From an uncultured Gemmatimonadaceae bacterium (GTDB lineage: Bacteria > Gemmatimonadota > Gemmatimonadetes > Gemmatimonadales > GWC2-71-9): DNA of 59,672 nt. The translations under genes and the position numbers were made by a program. The stretch lies in contig CAZASU010000004.1 of assembly GCA_964487785.1 (NCBI GenBank), positions 1,623 through 61,294 of the forward strand, given 5' to 3'. The notes below the pieces were generated by a model. The model was not told where the DNA came from. It did no database searches and saw only the letters and a list, made by a program, of their open reading frames with translations. Positions 8,555 through 18,459 of the stretch are shown here, in pieces. Every line of letters starts with the position of its first letter. The stretch's first letter is position 1.

Positions 8555-10919
8555 GAGCACGACGAAGGTGGAGGACAGCGCCGACAAGGGTAATCAGGAG
8601 GACAGCTGCCCAGGTCGCGACGCTGACCATCGTTGCCATACGGACGATGGCAGGCCGGTAGCGCAGCACCACCCGATGCTCACCGCTCCGGGCCAGAGGC
8701 ACCGCCATCAGGGCGTGGTTGGCGCGGATCACCGGCACTGAGACTCCATCGATCTCCGCCTCCCAGGATCGGTGATAGGTGCGGCTCACGTTGAGGAGTG
8801 CCGGCCCGGTGGACTGAACCCGCACCGCCAGGGTATCGTCGCCGTTGCCCTCGATGACCGCCGTGCCGGTACCCCCGGCCTGCCCCACGGCCAGCACCGG
8901 CTCCTCCACGATGGTGGTCTTTGCCGGATCGAACGTCGGCGACCAGAGCGTGGCGATCCGCCGAGCAGAATCGGGCTCGACCTGAATGCCCGGTACCACC
9001 GACACGCCTGGCAGAGCAGCGTCATTCATGTACACCGCGACCCGCTGATCGGCGCCGAGCAGCCGAAAGCCCGGGAGCTCCACCCGCCCCGGCAGGAGCA
9101 CGTAGCGGCCAGCCAGGGCGCGCAAGGCAGCGCTGTTCAAAAAACTGAGCCAGTACTGTTCGAGCTCCGCGCTCGTGCGAGCCGACTGCCGCACGGTGTA
9201 GCGCGTGAGATCATTGTACCAGCGCAGCTGGTTTCCATGGTACCCAAAGACCTCCGGAATTCCGTACGTCGCCAGGAAGCCGTCAGGATATACTCCGCCA
9301 ACGGCCAGGACGCGTTCGCCTGGTGCCAAACGCGCCCGCAACGCCTCGATCCCGGGATCGGGCGGGAAGAAATCATCGTAGCGGACGATCTGAATGTAGC
9401 GATGGTCGACCCGGAGCAGATCCAGTGCCGTCAAGCCGATCAGCACGGCGACCACATGCGCTGCGCGCAGGGTCCCCTTGCTCCACAGGTACACGGCAAC
9501 CCATGAGGTTCCGCAGATGAGCGCCACGATCAGCCCACCAGTGGCGATCCTCGGAACGTTGGCCACGAAGGCTGCCGACCTGTCGGCCTCGGCGGCACCG
9601 AAGATCGACGTCCAGGCTCCATATAGTCCGGATCCGTTGGCGAGCGCCCCCACTGCAATCAGGAGCGCGGCCACCCCGCCGGTTGCGAGAGCCATCGACA
9701 GCGCCCGGCGGGCGCGCGGATCTGCTCCGGCCAGCACGCGGTCCAACAGCAGGGCCGCCAGAAGGGTGAGAGCCGCGATGGCGACGAAGGTGGCGAGACT
9801 CGGAGCCCGAAAGTTCCTGAGGCCGGGCACCACCGAATACAACAACCGGAACACCGGGGTTCCGGCGCCGAGCGCGTAGAGGAGCGCGACGGCGGCCATG
9901 GCCCCCAGTCCCCAGCGACGGTGGTCGCCCTTGAGGCCCGCTAGGGCTGCGATGCCCAGCGCCAACACCAGCGCTCCACCGTATTCCGAATTGTGCTTGA
10001 AGGGGTTCTTACCCCAGTAGGTTTCCGACTGCGCGTCGGTTCCGCTGAAGTCGGGAATGAACAGCGAAAGCGCCTCCTCGGCGTGTAGCGACCAGGTGGC
10101 CGAGTACTCGAATCCCCGACCGGGGCCGGCGCGGGGCGAATCCTCCCGCAAGTACCGGTACATGGGGAACAGTGTAATGGCTGCTACCCCGATCGCCGTG
10201 AGCGCAGCGAGCATCCCGCCTGCGAGCCCGGTGGCGAGCAGTGCCCCGCCCTTGCGGCGCCGGGTGAACAAGCTGCCAAGGGCATACGCCAGGAGGGCGA
10301 CATAGGCGTAGTACGCGAGCTGCGGGTGGGCCACGACCATGAGCCCGGCCACCGCGCCGAGCCATAAGAAACGGATCCATGATCGCCGCTGGAGCGCGGT
10401 GAGCAGGAGCCACAACGCTGCCGGGAACAAAGCTGTGACATACACCTTGCCATCTTGCCCGCCCCAGACGAGGCTCACCAGGTTGGCGGAGAGGAGGTAC
10501 GCCGCCCCGGCAAACAGAGCCACCCACCGGCTCACCCCGAAGGCCCGGGCCGCCAGATACATGAACACACCGGCAAGGTACACGTGAAGGATGAGCTTCC
10601 AGGCGAGCGCGCCAGGCATGGGCAAGAGAAAGTGCAGGATCGACGCGGGATACAGGATGTCGCCGCTACCCGCCTCGATCGTGGGCACCCCGCCGAAGAG
10701 ATAAGGATTCCACAGCGGCATCCGACCCAGTGCCTTGATGTGCTCGACAAAGAAAGAGCGAAACATGATGCCGGCGGCGATGGTGTCCTGCCCCAGCAGC
10801 ATCGAGCCTGGTCCGCTCACGAGGTACTCGCGGAACACGAGAATCGTCAGCACGCCCATCACCACGAAGGGTGCCCATCGGGGCAAACCATCCAGCTCGG
10901 ACGATTGGGGCTGTTGCAC
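8547..10919 (-). CDS. YfhO-like multi-TM membrane protein (putative GT-C glycosyltransferase)
   Basis: PLWNPYLFGG.P..A....YP N-terminal motif, many TM helices, C-terminal W.A.IDG....V.RAN...AV....G.H.V.L.Y.P plus a final TM helix. Confidence 0.8.
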   Translation of the reverse strand: MQQPQSSELDGLPRWAPFVVMGVLTILVFREYLVSGPGSMLLGQDTIAAGIMFRSFFVEHIKALGRMPLWNPYLFGGVPTIEAGSGDILYPASILHFLLPMPGALAWKLILHVYLAGVFMYLAARAFGVSRWVALFAGAAYLLSANLVSLVWGGQDGKVYVTALFPAALWLLLTALQRRSWIRFLWLGAVAGLMVVAHPQLAYYAYVALLAYALGSLFTRRRKGGALLATGLAGGMLAALTAIGVAAITLFPMYRYLREDSPRAGPGRGFEYSATWSLHAEEALSLFIPDFSGTDAQSETYWGKNPFKHNSEYGGALVLALGIAALAGLKGDHRRWGLGAMAAVALLYALGAGTPVFRLLYSVVPGLRNFRAPSLATFVAIAALTLLAALLLDRVLAGADPRARRALSMALATGGVAALLIAVGALANGSGLYGAWTSIFGAAEADRSAAFVANVPRIATGGLIVALICGTSWVAVYLWSKGTLRAAHVVAVLIGLTALDLLRVDHRYIQIVRYDDFFPPDPGIEALRARLAPGERVLAVGGVYPDGFLATYGIPEVFGYHGNQLRWYNDLTRYTVRQSARTSAELEQYWLSFLNSAALRALAGRYVLLPGRVELPGFRLLGADQRVAVYMNDAALPGVSVVPGIQVEPDSARRIATLWSPTFDPAKTTIVEEPVLAVGQAGGTGTAVIEGNGDDTLAVRVQSTGPALLNVSRTYHRSWEAEIDGVSVPVIRANHALMAVPLARSGEHRVVLRYRPAIVRMATMVSVATWAAVLLITLVGAVLHLRRARG

Positions 10920-11858
10920 TCAGGCCTCTCGGACCGAAGGGGGATTCGGCGCACTGCGCCGGAGAAGGAGCGGGATGGCCGGGAGGACCTCAGTTCCGGT
11001 GAGCAGGAGCCGGCTGGCAAGCGCGAGCGCGGCAGCGGGCTTGAGCCCGATATCGCCGGCCAGCATCAGGATGAAGACCGATTCCCGGGGACCCAGACCT
11101 GCCGGCGCGAAGAGCGCGAGGAAGCCGACCAGATAGGAGCAGGTGAAGACGCCAACCGCTTGAGGTACGCTCAGAACGACGCCGGGAAGCAGACCCCGAG
11201 CCAGCAGCAGCACCGCAACGCCGTAGCCGGTCCACGCAAGGACATTCGCGATGAAGGCAAGCGCCAGTATCGAGGGCGCGATGGCGCGGAGACTGGGCCA
11301 GGAGCTCGGTAGCAACCGGCCGACCCGGTCGAGGAAGGACTGCGAGGACACCAGCGCCACGCCGGCGATAGACATGGCGATGATTGCCGTGGCAATGGGA
11401 ACGGCCCATGGCCCTACAGCCTTAAACGTCTCCCGCGCTGTAATGACAACCACGGCCGCACCACTCGCGAGAGCCAGCGCCTGAAGCACGATTGCTCCGC
11501 CGACGGCCGCGGCGGGATCCACTCCGGCCCGCTGGGCCAGTAGCGCCGCTCCCGCCACCGTCCAGACCTTCCCCGGCACGTACTTCCCGAGGCTGGACAG
11601 GAACCAGATGCGTGCGGCCGTCAGAAATGCCAGGCGTTGGCCCATACTGAGGACCACCCGCCGCCAAGCCTCTATCAAGACGGCGTAGCTGGCGAAGACG
11701 AGCAGCACGCTGGCCACTATCCAGGCCGGCGAGAACTGCCATTCGATTGGCTGGGCTCGAAGACTTTGCCAGTTGATCAGGACCGATCGAGCCGCCAGCC
11801 CAACGAGCAAAGCTCCTGCAGCAAATTGCAGGAACCGCCAGACCTTACGCCGCGCCAC
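10920..11858 (-). CDS. Lysylphosphatidylglycerol-synthase-TM / flippase-like membrane protein
   Basis: SLGKYVPGKVW and PAGLGPRE motifs, about 8 TM segments. Confidence 0.75.
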   Translation of the reverse strand: MARRKVWRFLQFAAGALLVGLAARSVLINWQSLRAQPIEWQFSPAWIVASVLLVFASYAVLIEAWRRVVLSMGQRLAFLTAARIWFLSSLGKYVPGKVWTVAGAALLAQRAGVDPAAAVGGAIVLQALALASGAAVVVITARETFKAVGPWAVPIATAIIAMSIAGVALVSSQSFLDRVGRLLPSSWPSLRAIAPSILALAFIANVLAWTGYGVAVLLLARGLLPGVVLSVPQAVGVFTCSYLVGFLALFAPAGLGPRESVFILMLAGDIGLKPAAALALASRLLLTGTEVLPAIPLLLRRSAPNPPSVREA

Positions 11859-13305
11859 TGGGCTGTTCCGAGTGCACCTGCGCCTGGGTGACGTTCCCTG
11901 CCGCATCCTCCACGGCTACGATCGGGTGACCGGGCAAGGCCGTCAGGGTAACCCGTCCATCCGCGGAGATCCGGGCGGCACGGACCGAGCGCCGGAACCG
12001 GCGCCACTCCACGATTTTCCTTGCGGACGCGAAATACGGGCGATCGCTCGCCAGCGTCTCCAACAGGCGGACGAAGGCCGGCTCGGCACCGGGAAATCCC
12101 AGCGCCTCCGTCAGGTTTGGGTGCCAGAGACCGACCCAGGCGCCCTCCACTGCCTTGCAGGCGCGGGCCAGCTCCAAACCATCCTCAATCCAGCGTTGCA
12201 CGTCTTCCCCTCCGGAACACGCGCGATCCATCCAGTTGAGCGGCACCAAGTCCAACGGCATCAGCACCTCGCGGCTGGCATCCCAGGCAGGCAGGACGTC
12301 AGCCGTTCCGAGTCGGAATCCGTTTCGATCGGCAAATCCCCACGTGGCATCGTAACCGAACCCGGCCTTGACCATAGCTCGCTGGGTCACGCCTGGGCGC
12401 ATGCGACGGACGTGTTGGCGAGCGCCGGTGATCGGGCGCTGAGTCAACCGGCTCAACATGCGGCGCTGCGATGTCATGAGCTCCGCATCCCCCTCCGTGG
12501 CAAAGCTGCCGTGAAGCCCGATTTCACGGCCGGCCTGGGTGACCGCGCTGAGGATCCGGTGAGTTGCCGGAGAGTCGGGCCGGTAGGCGGACTCGCCTGC
12601 GACCAACGAGCGAAGGGTGGGGTCGGAGCAGGTAACGAACCAGGTGGCTGGAATGCCGTGATGCGCCTCGAGCTGGAGCACTGTATGGACGCCACGGCTC
12701 ACAGGGTCCTTTCCCAGGCTGCGCGCGGCTGCGAGGGCAACGCGCGCAGTCAACTTCCAGGCTCCCTTCCGGCCCAGCTCTGCCATGCGGAGAAGCGGGA
12801 AGAGTGCCCACCATTCCACGACATCGAGGTCATGCGTGACGAGCGCGGCCCAGCGGTATCCCCCGGGCCATGGGGCGAGGAACCGCATCGGACGGCGCTC
12901 GGCTACGGCCGCAGCGGCGCGGCGGAGCTCGGTTCCGAGTATGGAAACGAGCGGTTTGCGGCTCTGGCCGGCCGCTACGAGGGGATTCTTGTCCGCCGGC
13001 ACCCGTCCATGCCGGTCAACCGCGCCGGAGCGTTGCTCGGTGGCGCCACCGGCCACCTCGGCCACCGCGAAGAGCGCAGCGGTGGTCACCCGCACCTCTC
13101 CGTTGGCTCGCTCCAGCGCCGCGGCTGGGAGCAGGTCAGCTACCGGCGTTTCGGAATTGGGCCGATCGATTACCGTGAGCCGTACGATATCGCATTCGGC
13201 TCGCTCGGCCACGAGCAGGCGTGACAGGTCTACCAGGACATCCAGTCCGAAGCGCTCGGCAGGACGGAGCCGTTCCGGTGCTACATCCACCCGAATCACT
13301 GCCAC
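11845..13305 (-). CDS. Polysaccharide deacetylase-like (NodB-fold) protein
   Basis: THDLD, ATWF, EIGLHGS, GARQH and YDATWGF....GFR.G motifs, plus the upstream DRHGR motif typical of this group. Confidence 0.75.
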   Translation of the reverse strand: MAVIRVDVAPERLRPAERFGLDVLVDLSRLLVAERAECDIVRLTVIDRPNSETPVADLLPAAALERANGEVRVTTAALFAVAEVAGGATEQRSGAVDRHGRVPADKNPLVAAGQSRKPLVSILGTELRRAAAAVAERRPMRFLAPWPGGYRWAALVTHDLDVVEWWALFPLLRMAELGRKGAWKLTARVALAAARSLGKDPVSRGVHTVLQLEAHHGIPATWFVTCSDPTLRSLVAGESAYRPDSPATHRILSAVTQAGREIGLHGSFATEGDAELMTSQRRMLSRLTQRPITGARQHVRRMRPGVTQRAMVKAGFGYDATWGFADRNGFRLGTADVLPAWDASREVLMPLDLVPLNWMDRACSGGEDVQRWIEDGLELARACKAVEGAWVGLWHPNLTEALGFPGAEPAFVRLLETLASDRPYFASARKIVEWRRFRRSVRAARISADGRVTLTALPGHPIVAVEDAAGNVTQAQVHSEQPSGAA

Positions 13306-13623
13306 CCCGGTCCGGCCAGGAACTCGTGCACGCTGCTGGCCGGCCGCCCCGCGACATGAAGCGGAGGGACGTTCTGGAGCACCACGCGGTTGGTGTCAAT
13401 CACGGGGCCCCGAGCCGGCCAGCCCGGAAAGAAGGCGGTCCGAGCCCACCGCTTGAGAGTCTCATCTGAAGGCGCCAAGCGAAGCTCACGAGTCATCCCA
13501 GTTAACGGTAGAGGCCGGCGCCAGTAATCATAGGCCCGCGGTATAGCCTGTCTACCCCAGCGCCGCTTCAACTCCACCAACGCCGCCGTGCGCGGGCGCG
13601 AACCTTCCCCGTCCTCGGATGGC
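13296..13623 (-). pseudogene. Possible degenerate remnant of a FemAB/GNAT-type C-terminal region
   Basis: About 320-bp gap in an otherwise tightly coupled operon. The translation ALVELKRRWGRQAIPRAYDYW resembles the FK..WG tail of FemAB-like proteins. Confidence 0.25.
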
Positions 13624-14832
13624 TCAGCGGTGCGGCTGATGGTCAGCGACGGCATCGTATATCTCGAGAAAGCGGCCGATGGCGGTTTTGGGGGAATGGG
13701 TTCGGAGCACGTGCTCCTTCCCTGCCCTGGCCAAACGCTCCCGCAGCGGCAGGTCCGTCAGCAGGCGTTGAATCTGAGTTGCCAGGTCGTCCGCGTCACC
13801 GTCACGGGCAATGAGCCCGGTCTTCTCGTGAAGGATGACCTCCGGGATCCCGCCCGCCGCAGTGCCGACGACGGCGCATCCCGCCAGCAGCGCTTCCACC
13901 AAGGTCAGACCCAATCCTTCCGCCTGACCCCGGCTGGGAAGCACGGTGACCTCGCTGGCGCCGTATTCGGCCGCCATTTGCCCCTGGGGAACGAATGGTG
14001 CCCATGTCACTCGTGACGCGAGGCCGAGCCTGTGGGCAAGAAGGTCGAGCTCGGCCCTGGCGGGGCCCTCACCCAGAATCTTCAGCTGGCAGGCGATGCC
14101 GCGCCGCTCGAGCTCGGCGACCGCACGCAGGAGCACATCCACTCCCTTGCTCGGCACCAGATTCCCCGCGTAGAGGATCCGGGGAGGCTCCAGTTTGATG
14201 GCTCGAGCGCCCTCGAGGAAGCGGTTCACGTCCACCGGCATCGGCGTTACCAGCACCTCGGTATTCAGTGCGGGAAGCATCCGGCGAATGTCTCCCGCCA
14301 GGAACCGGGACACCGCGGTGACTCGGGCCGCCCTTCGGAACGCGGGCAGTGCAACCCGCCGAATCAGCTCACCCCGCTCCAGGAGCCGGACGTCCGAACC
14401 ATGGCAGGTAATGAGGTAGGGCACCCGACTTCGGCTGGCGAACCAACCGCCGGGAACCCACCAGTGGGCGTGAATCACGTGGGGCTCGAAGCTGCGCACC
14501 GCCCGTCCGATTGCGTGAGCGAAGGCCACCAGGAATCCCGGGAACGCGAGCGCGGCCATCGGCGAGAGCAGGGTCTGGTGATGAAGACTGCCGGTGTAGG
14601 CAACCCGCTCCCAGCGGTCTGGCGCATAGCGGAAGCGGCGCACCCGCACGCCCCCGGTCTGCTCGTCGCGCGGAATTCCCGGTGCATGCGGCGCGATCAC
14701 CTCGACTCGATAGCCACCCGCGGCGGCTCCTTCGGCGATGCGGGCCACGAACGCTCCGGCGCGATCACCGGCAAAGCGGGGATAGTTGTGGGTGATCGTC
14801 AGAACCCGCAGGCGCTCAGCTGGCAAGGGCAT
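13624..14832 (-). CDS. GT4 glycosyltransferase
   Basis: HNYPR, HAHWW, HGSDV, KGVD and EGLGLTLVEA (EX7E) motifs. Confidence 0.9.
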   Translation of the reverse strand: MPLPAERLRVLTITHNYPRFAGDRAGAFVARIAEGAAAGGYRVEVIAPHAPGIPRDEQTGGVRVRRFRYAPDRWERVAYTGSLHHQTLLSPMAALAFPGFLVAFAHAIGRAVRSFEPHVIHAHWWVPGGWFASRSRVPYLITCHGSDVRLLERGELIRRVALPAFRRAARVTAVSRFLAGDIRRMLPALNTEVLVTPMPVDVNRFLEGARAIKLEPPRILYAGNLVPSKGVDVLLRAVAELERRGIACQLKILGEGPARAELDLLAHRLGLASRVTWAPFVPQGQMAAEYGASEVTVLPSRGQAEGLGLTLVEALLAGCAVVGTAAGGIPEVILHEKTGLIARDGDADDLATQIQRLLTDLPLRERLARAGKEHVLRTHSPKTAIGRFLEIYDAVADHQPHR

Positions 14833-15952
14833 TCCGATACCATCCCTCGCACAGTTGGGCCACGTTGTCGGGGGCGAGTCGGGCCCGCCATGATTCGCCC
14901 ACCAGGCGCCCCATGGTCAGACGGTCGGGGTCGCCCTGGAGATCCAGCACGCTGTCGGCGATTGCCTCGGCCGACGGCAGCGCCAGGCGGCCGGGGCCCG
15001 ACTCCGGGACTATGTCCACTGCGGCCCCGCTATCCCAGCAGGCCACCACGGGGACGCCCGAGACAAGCGCCTCGATGGCGGACAACGCGGTACCGTCTGC
15101 CCGAGCCGTGAAGAGCATGACGTCGGCGAGCTCGAGATAGGCCCGCGCTTCGAGCGGGGACATGGCTCCCACAAAGCGGACCAGCGCCGAAACCCCCAGA
15201 CGAGCCGCCCGCTGCTCCAGAGAGAGACGCTCCGGCCCGTCTCCTACGATGGTCAAGGGGAAGTCGTGGCCGCACGAGGCCAGCACGGCGGCGGTCTCGA
15301 TGGCGAGCTCTACCCGTTTCGAGGCGACGAGCCTGGAGATGACCACTGCACCTCCCCCGCCCCGCGTCCAGGGATAGGTGCGGGTATCGGCCGGCATGGG
15401 ATGGATGTGGGCGTTGTCGACAAATCGGCCGGCGGCGGTCTGAACCCAGGTGCCGATCTCGCGCGAGACCGTAGTTACGACGGCGGCGCGCTGAACAAGC
15501 GGACGTGCCAGCCAGCGTGCGATCCGGGACGCCTTCAACAGGGGAGCATCGGTCCCATGCACGGTCAAGACGAGTGGGGTTCCAGCGGGCGCCGCCAGGC
15601 CGGCAGGCATCCAGCCGTGAGCGTGGACAAGGTCGGCGCCGGCGGTCAGCTCGTGGCGGGCAGCTGCGCGCAAGGACCGCCTCAGGCGCGCCAGGGCGAG
15701 CCACCCGATGGGGGTTCTCAGCGCCGCCGCGATCGAATCCGGGCTCGAGATCGTCTCGCGAATGGAGCGACCGGTCCGCACCCGACTGACCGGCACCCCG
15801 TCGACCTCCGCTGGTCCTGATTCGTCGCTGGGCGTGACAACCCGGACCGAGATTCCCCGGCGCATGAGAGCGCGGGCGAGCGTGCCGAGCGCGGCGCCGG
15901 AGGGGTCGCCTGGCCTGCGTGGGTAGTTATGGGTCAGGAAGACGACCCGCAC
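14816..15952 (-). CDS. GT4 glycosyltransferase (paralog of its neighbour)
   Basis: THNYPR, HAHGW, HGTD, SRLVASKR and DGTALSAIEA (DX7E variant) motifs. Confidence 0.85.
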   Translation of the reverse strand: MRVVFLTHNYPRRPGDPSGAALGTLARALMRRGISVRVVTPSDESGPAEVDGVPVSRVRTGRSIRETISSPDSIAAALRTPIGWLALARLRRSLRAAARHELTAGADLVHAHGWMPAGLAAPAGTPLVLTVHGTDAPLLKASRIARWLARPLVQRAAVVTTVSREIGTWVQTAAGRFVDNAHIHPMPADTRTYPWTRGGGGAVVISRLVASKRVELAIETAAVLASCGHDFPLTIVGDGPERLSLEQRAARLGVSALVRFVGAMSPLEARAYLELADVMLFTARADGTALSAIEALVSGVPVVACWDSGAAVDIVPESGPGRLALPSAEAIADSVLDLQGDPDRLTMGRLVGESWRARLAPDNVAQLCEGWYRNALAS

Positions 15953-15955
15953 CGG

Positions 15956-16912
15956 TCAGTCCCGGACGTCGAGCTTCTCGAGCCGAGCGAGGTCGCGGGC
16001 GATCTCTCGAGTCTCCTCGCGCATTCCGGCGATGATCTCGCCCAGAAAGCCGAATCCGAAGAGGACAATGCCGCTAATCACCATCATCTCGACCAGATTG
16101 AGCAGCGGCCGGAGCCCGATACCGTAGCCGTAGCGCAGCACCAGCGCCGCGATGCCGGCCAGCAGGCCGATAACAAAGAGAATGGCGCCGCCGACCCCGA
16201 AGAAGAGCATGGGTTTGCGGCCGAACCGGAGCTGGAACCAGACCGAGATCAGGTCGAACAGTCCGACGGGGATCCGTTTCCAGTTGAACTTCGAGATGCC
16301 GGCCCGCCGGGGGTAGAGTGGAATCGGCAGCGACGTGAGCCGATAGCCGTCGGCCGCGGCGATCACGACCATATACCGATGCCAGTCGGGACGGAGTGGC
16401 ACACCGAGCATGACTTCCCGCCGATAGGCCTTGACCGAATTGAGATCGGTGACCCGAACACCGAAGAGCCAGCGACAGAGAACGTTGTAGACATTGGACA
16501 CGAATGCCTTCTCGTACTTTCCCTGCTTGGTGCCGGTGACTATATCGGCCCGTCCGTCGAGAATCGGAGCCACCAGTCCGGGGATGTCCTCGGGGAGGTA
16601 CTGGAGATCGGCCGGGTAGAAAACGAAGACGTCCCCCCGGGCGATGTCGCCGGCCGAGCGGAGGCTGTCGGCAATCCCGCGCTGCCGGCGGTGGGTGACG
16701 ACCGAGAGAAACGGGTATTCCCGCTCCAGATCACGAAGCACCCGGTCGCTCCCGTCCCGGGAGCCGTCGTTGACGACGATGACCTCGAACGAGAAGCCCG
16801 AAGGGCCAAGGGCGTCCGCGCAGCGCTGGAGAAATTCAGGAAGGTTTGGTGCCTCGTCCTTGGCCGGGACGAGCACGCTCACATCCAGCGTCTCGACCGC
16901 AGCGATGGTCAT
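15956..16912 (-). CDS. GT2 glycosyltransferase, ArnC/GtrB-like (undecaprenyl-phosphate sugar transferase)
   Basis: VPAKDE, VNDGSRDGS and PADLQY.PEDIP motifs, two C-terminal TM helices. Confidence 0.85.
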   Translation of the reverse strand: MTIAAVETLDVSVLVPAKDEAPNLPEFLQRCADALGPSGFSFEVIVVNDGSRDGSDRVLRDLEREYPFLSVVTHRRQRGIADSLRSAGDIARGDVFVFYPADLQYLPEDIPGLVAPILDGRADIVTGTKQGKYEKAFVSNVYNVLCRWLFGVRVTDLNSVKAYRREVMLGVPLRPDWHRYMVVIAAADGYRLTSLPIPLYPRRAGISKFNWKRIPVGLFDLISVWFQLRFGRKPMLFFGVGGAILFVIGLLAGIAALVLRYGYGIGLRPLLNLVEMMVISGIVLFGFGFLGEIIAGMREETREIARDLARLEKLDVRD

Positions 16913-18459
16913 ACGCGCTTCCGCATTCGCGCCGGAAGGATGCCCAACTGGTCGCGGTACTTGGCGACCGTGCGGCGGGCGATCTGAATCCCCTGCTCCT
17001 GGAAGAGGTGGACGATCTGCTGATCGGTGAGCGGCTTGGCGTTGTTTTCCTCGCCTACCATCTTCTCCAGCTTGGCCCGGATCGAGCGGGCGCTCGCGTC
17101 CTCGCCTGAGGCGGTGGAGAGAGCGCTGGAAAAGAAGAACTTGAGGGGAAGCACACCACGCGGCGTCTGGACAAACTTCTCGTTGGTCACCCGGCTTACG
17201 GTGGATTCGTGCATGTTGATGACCTCGGCCACTTCCCGCAGGGTGAGCGGCTTGAGGTACTCGACGCCCTTCTCGAAGAAGTCACGCTGCCGGTCCACGA
17301 TGAAATTCATCACTTTCAACATGGTCTGGCGTCGCTGCTCGATCGCCTGAATCATCCAGTTGGCGCTGTTCATCTTGGAGGCGATGAACTCCCGGTTTTC
17401 CGGCGTCATCTTTTTCTTGTCGCGGGCGATTTCCTGGTAGGAGCGGCTGAGGCGAAGCCGCGGCATGCCGGTGTCGTTGAGGAACACCTGGTAGCGGTTT
17501 CCGATCTTTTCCACGATCAGATCGGGAATGATGTACCCGTCGCTCTGCTTGGAGTGCTTCAGGCCGGGCTTGGGATCGAGCCGGGAGAGCTGATCGGCTG
17601 CCGCTTGCACCGCCACCGGTTCGACTCCGAAGCGCTTCGCCAGGTCGTTCCAGCGGTGCGCGATAAGGTCGGGAAATGCCTCCGAGACGAGACGATAGGT
17701 GAGTGAGGTGGTATCGGCCAGCTCCACCAGCTGGATCAGCAGGCACTCCCGGAGATCCCGCGCCCCAATGCCGGATGGGTCGAGCCGCTGGATGACAGTC
17801 AGCATCTCCTCGGCCTCGACCATCGTGTAGAAAGGCGGGGCGGACGGAGAAGAGGCGGAAGGGGCGGACGCACGCAACGGCTCCGCCCGTGGACCCGCAG
17901 GACGGACTTTTGCCCTTTCCGCCTCTTCATCTACCGCCTCCTCATCGTCCGCCTCTTCCGCCCGAACGTGCCCCGCCATGAGCAGGTTCACGGAGTTGAG
18001 GATTTCCTCGAGCGACGCGGCAAGGTAGCCTTCCTCATTGACGTTGCCCAGAAACTCTTCCGCCAGCAGCAGCTGGCGCGGCGTCAGGATGAGCATCTGG
18101 AGCTGCTCCCGCAGATGGTCGATCAGGTCGCGGGACTCGACCGTGACCGGCTCGGTGTACTCCAGCTGTTCGTACTGCTCCCGGGTGCCGCCTACCTCGA
18201 ACCCGTTGAGCAGGATCTCCTCCCAGTCGACCTCCTCCGCCTTCTCTTTCTGCTCCTTCTCTTTTTCAGCGGTGGCCTGCTCCGGCGTCTCCTCCTCCGG
18301 CTCCAGCAGCTCGAGGAAGGGGTTGGCCAGCAGCTCCTGCTTGAGATGCTGCTGCAGGTCCATCATGGGCATGTACAGCATGTCCATGGCCTGGTACAGC
18401 CGAGGATTGACCCGCAGCTCCTGCCGGAGGCTGGTATGTTGGGAAAGCCCGGTTCTCAT
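16909..18459 (-). CDS. rpoN: RNA polymerase sigma-54 factor
   Basis: Q/L-rich region [27 protein letters not shown] and RpoN box ARRTVAKYR. Confidence 0.97.
   Translation of the reverse strand: MRTGLSQHTSLRQELRVNPRLYQAMDMLYMPMMDLQQHLKQELLANPFLELLEPEEETPEQATAEKEKEQKEKAEEVDWEEILLNGFEVGGTREQYEQLEYTEPVTVESRDLIDHLREQLQMLILTPRQLLLAEEFLGNVNEEGYLAASLEEILNSVNLLMAGHVRAEEADDEEAVDEEAERAKVRPAGPRAEPLRASAPSASSPSAPPFYTMVEAEEMLTVIQRLDPSGIGARDLRECLLIQLVELADTTSLTYRLVSEAFPDLIAHRWNDLAKRFGVEPVAVQAAADQLSRLDPKPGLKHSKQSDGYIIPDLIVEKIGNRYQVFLNDTGMPRLRLSRSYQEIARDKKKMTPENREFIASKMNSANWMIQAIEQRRQTMLKVMNFIVDRQRDFFEKGVEYLKPLTLREVAEVINMHESTVSRVTNEKFVQTPRGVLPLKFFFSSALSTASGEDASARSIRAKLEKMVGEENNAKPLTDQQIVHLFQEQGIQIARRTVAKYRDQLGILPARMRKRV
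17834..17963. repeat. In-frame imperfect 9-mer palindrome inside rpoN
   Basis: GCGGAAGRG-like units at 17834-17870 face CYYTTCCGC-like units at 17907-17963 across about 36 nt. Encodes [19 protein letters not shown]...[11 protein letters not shown]. Confidence 0.5.
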
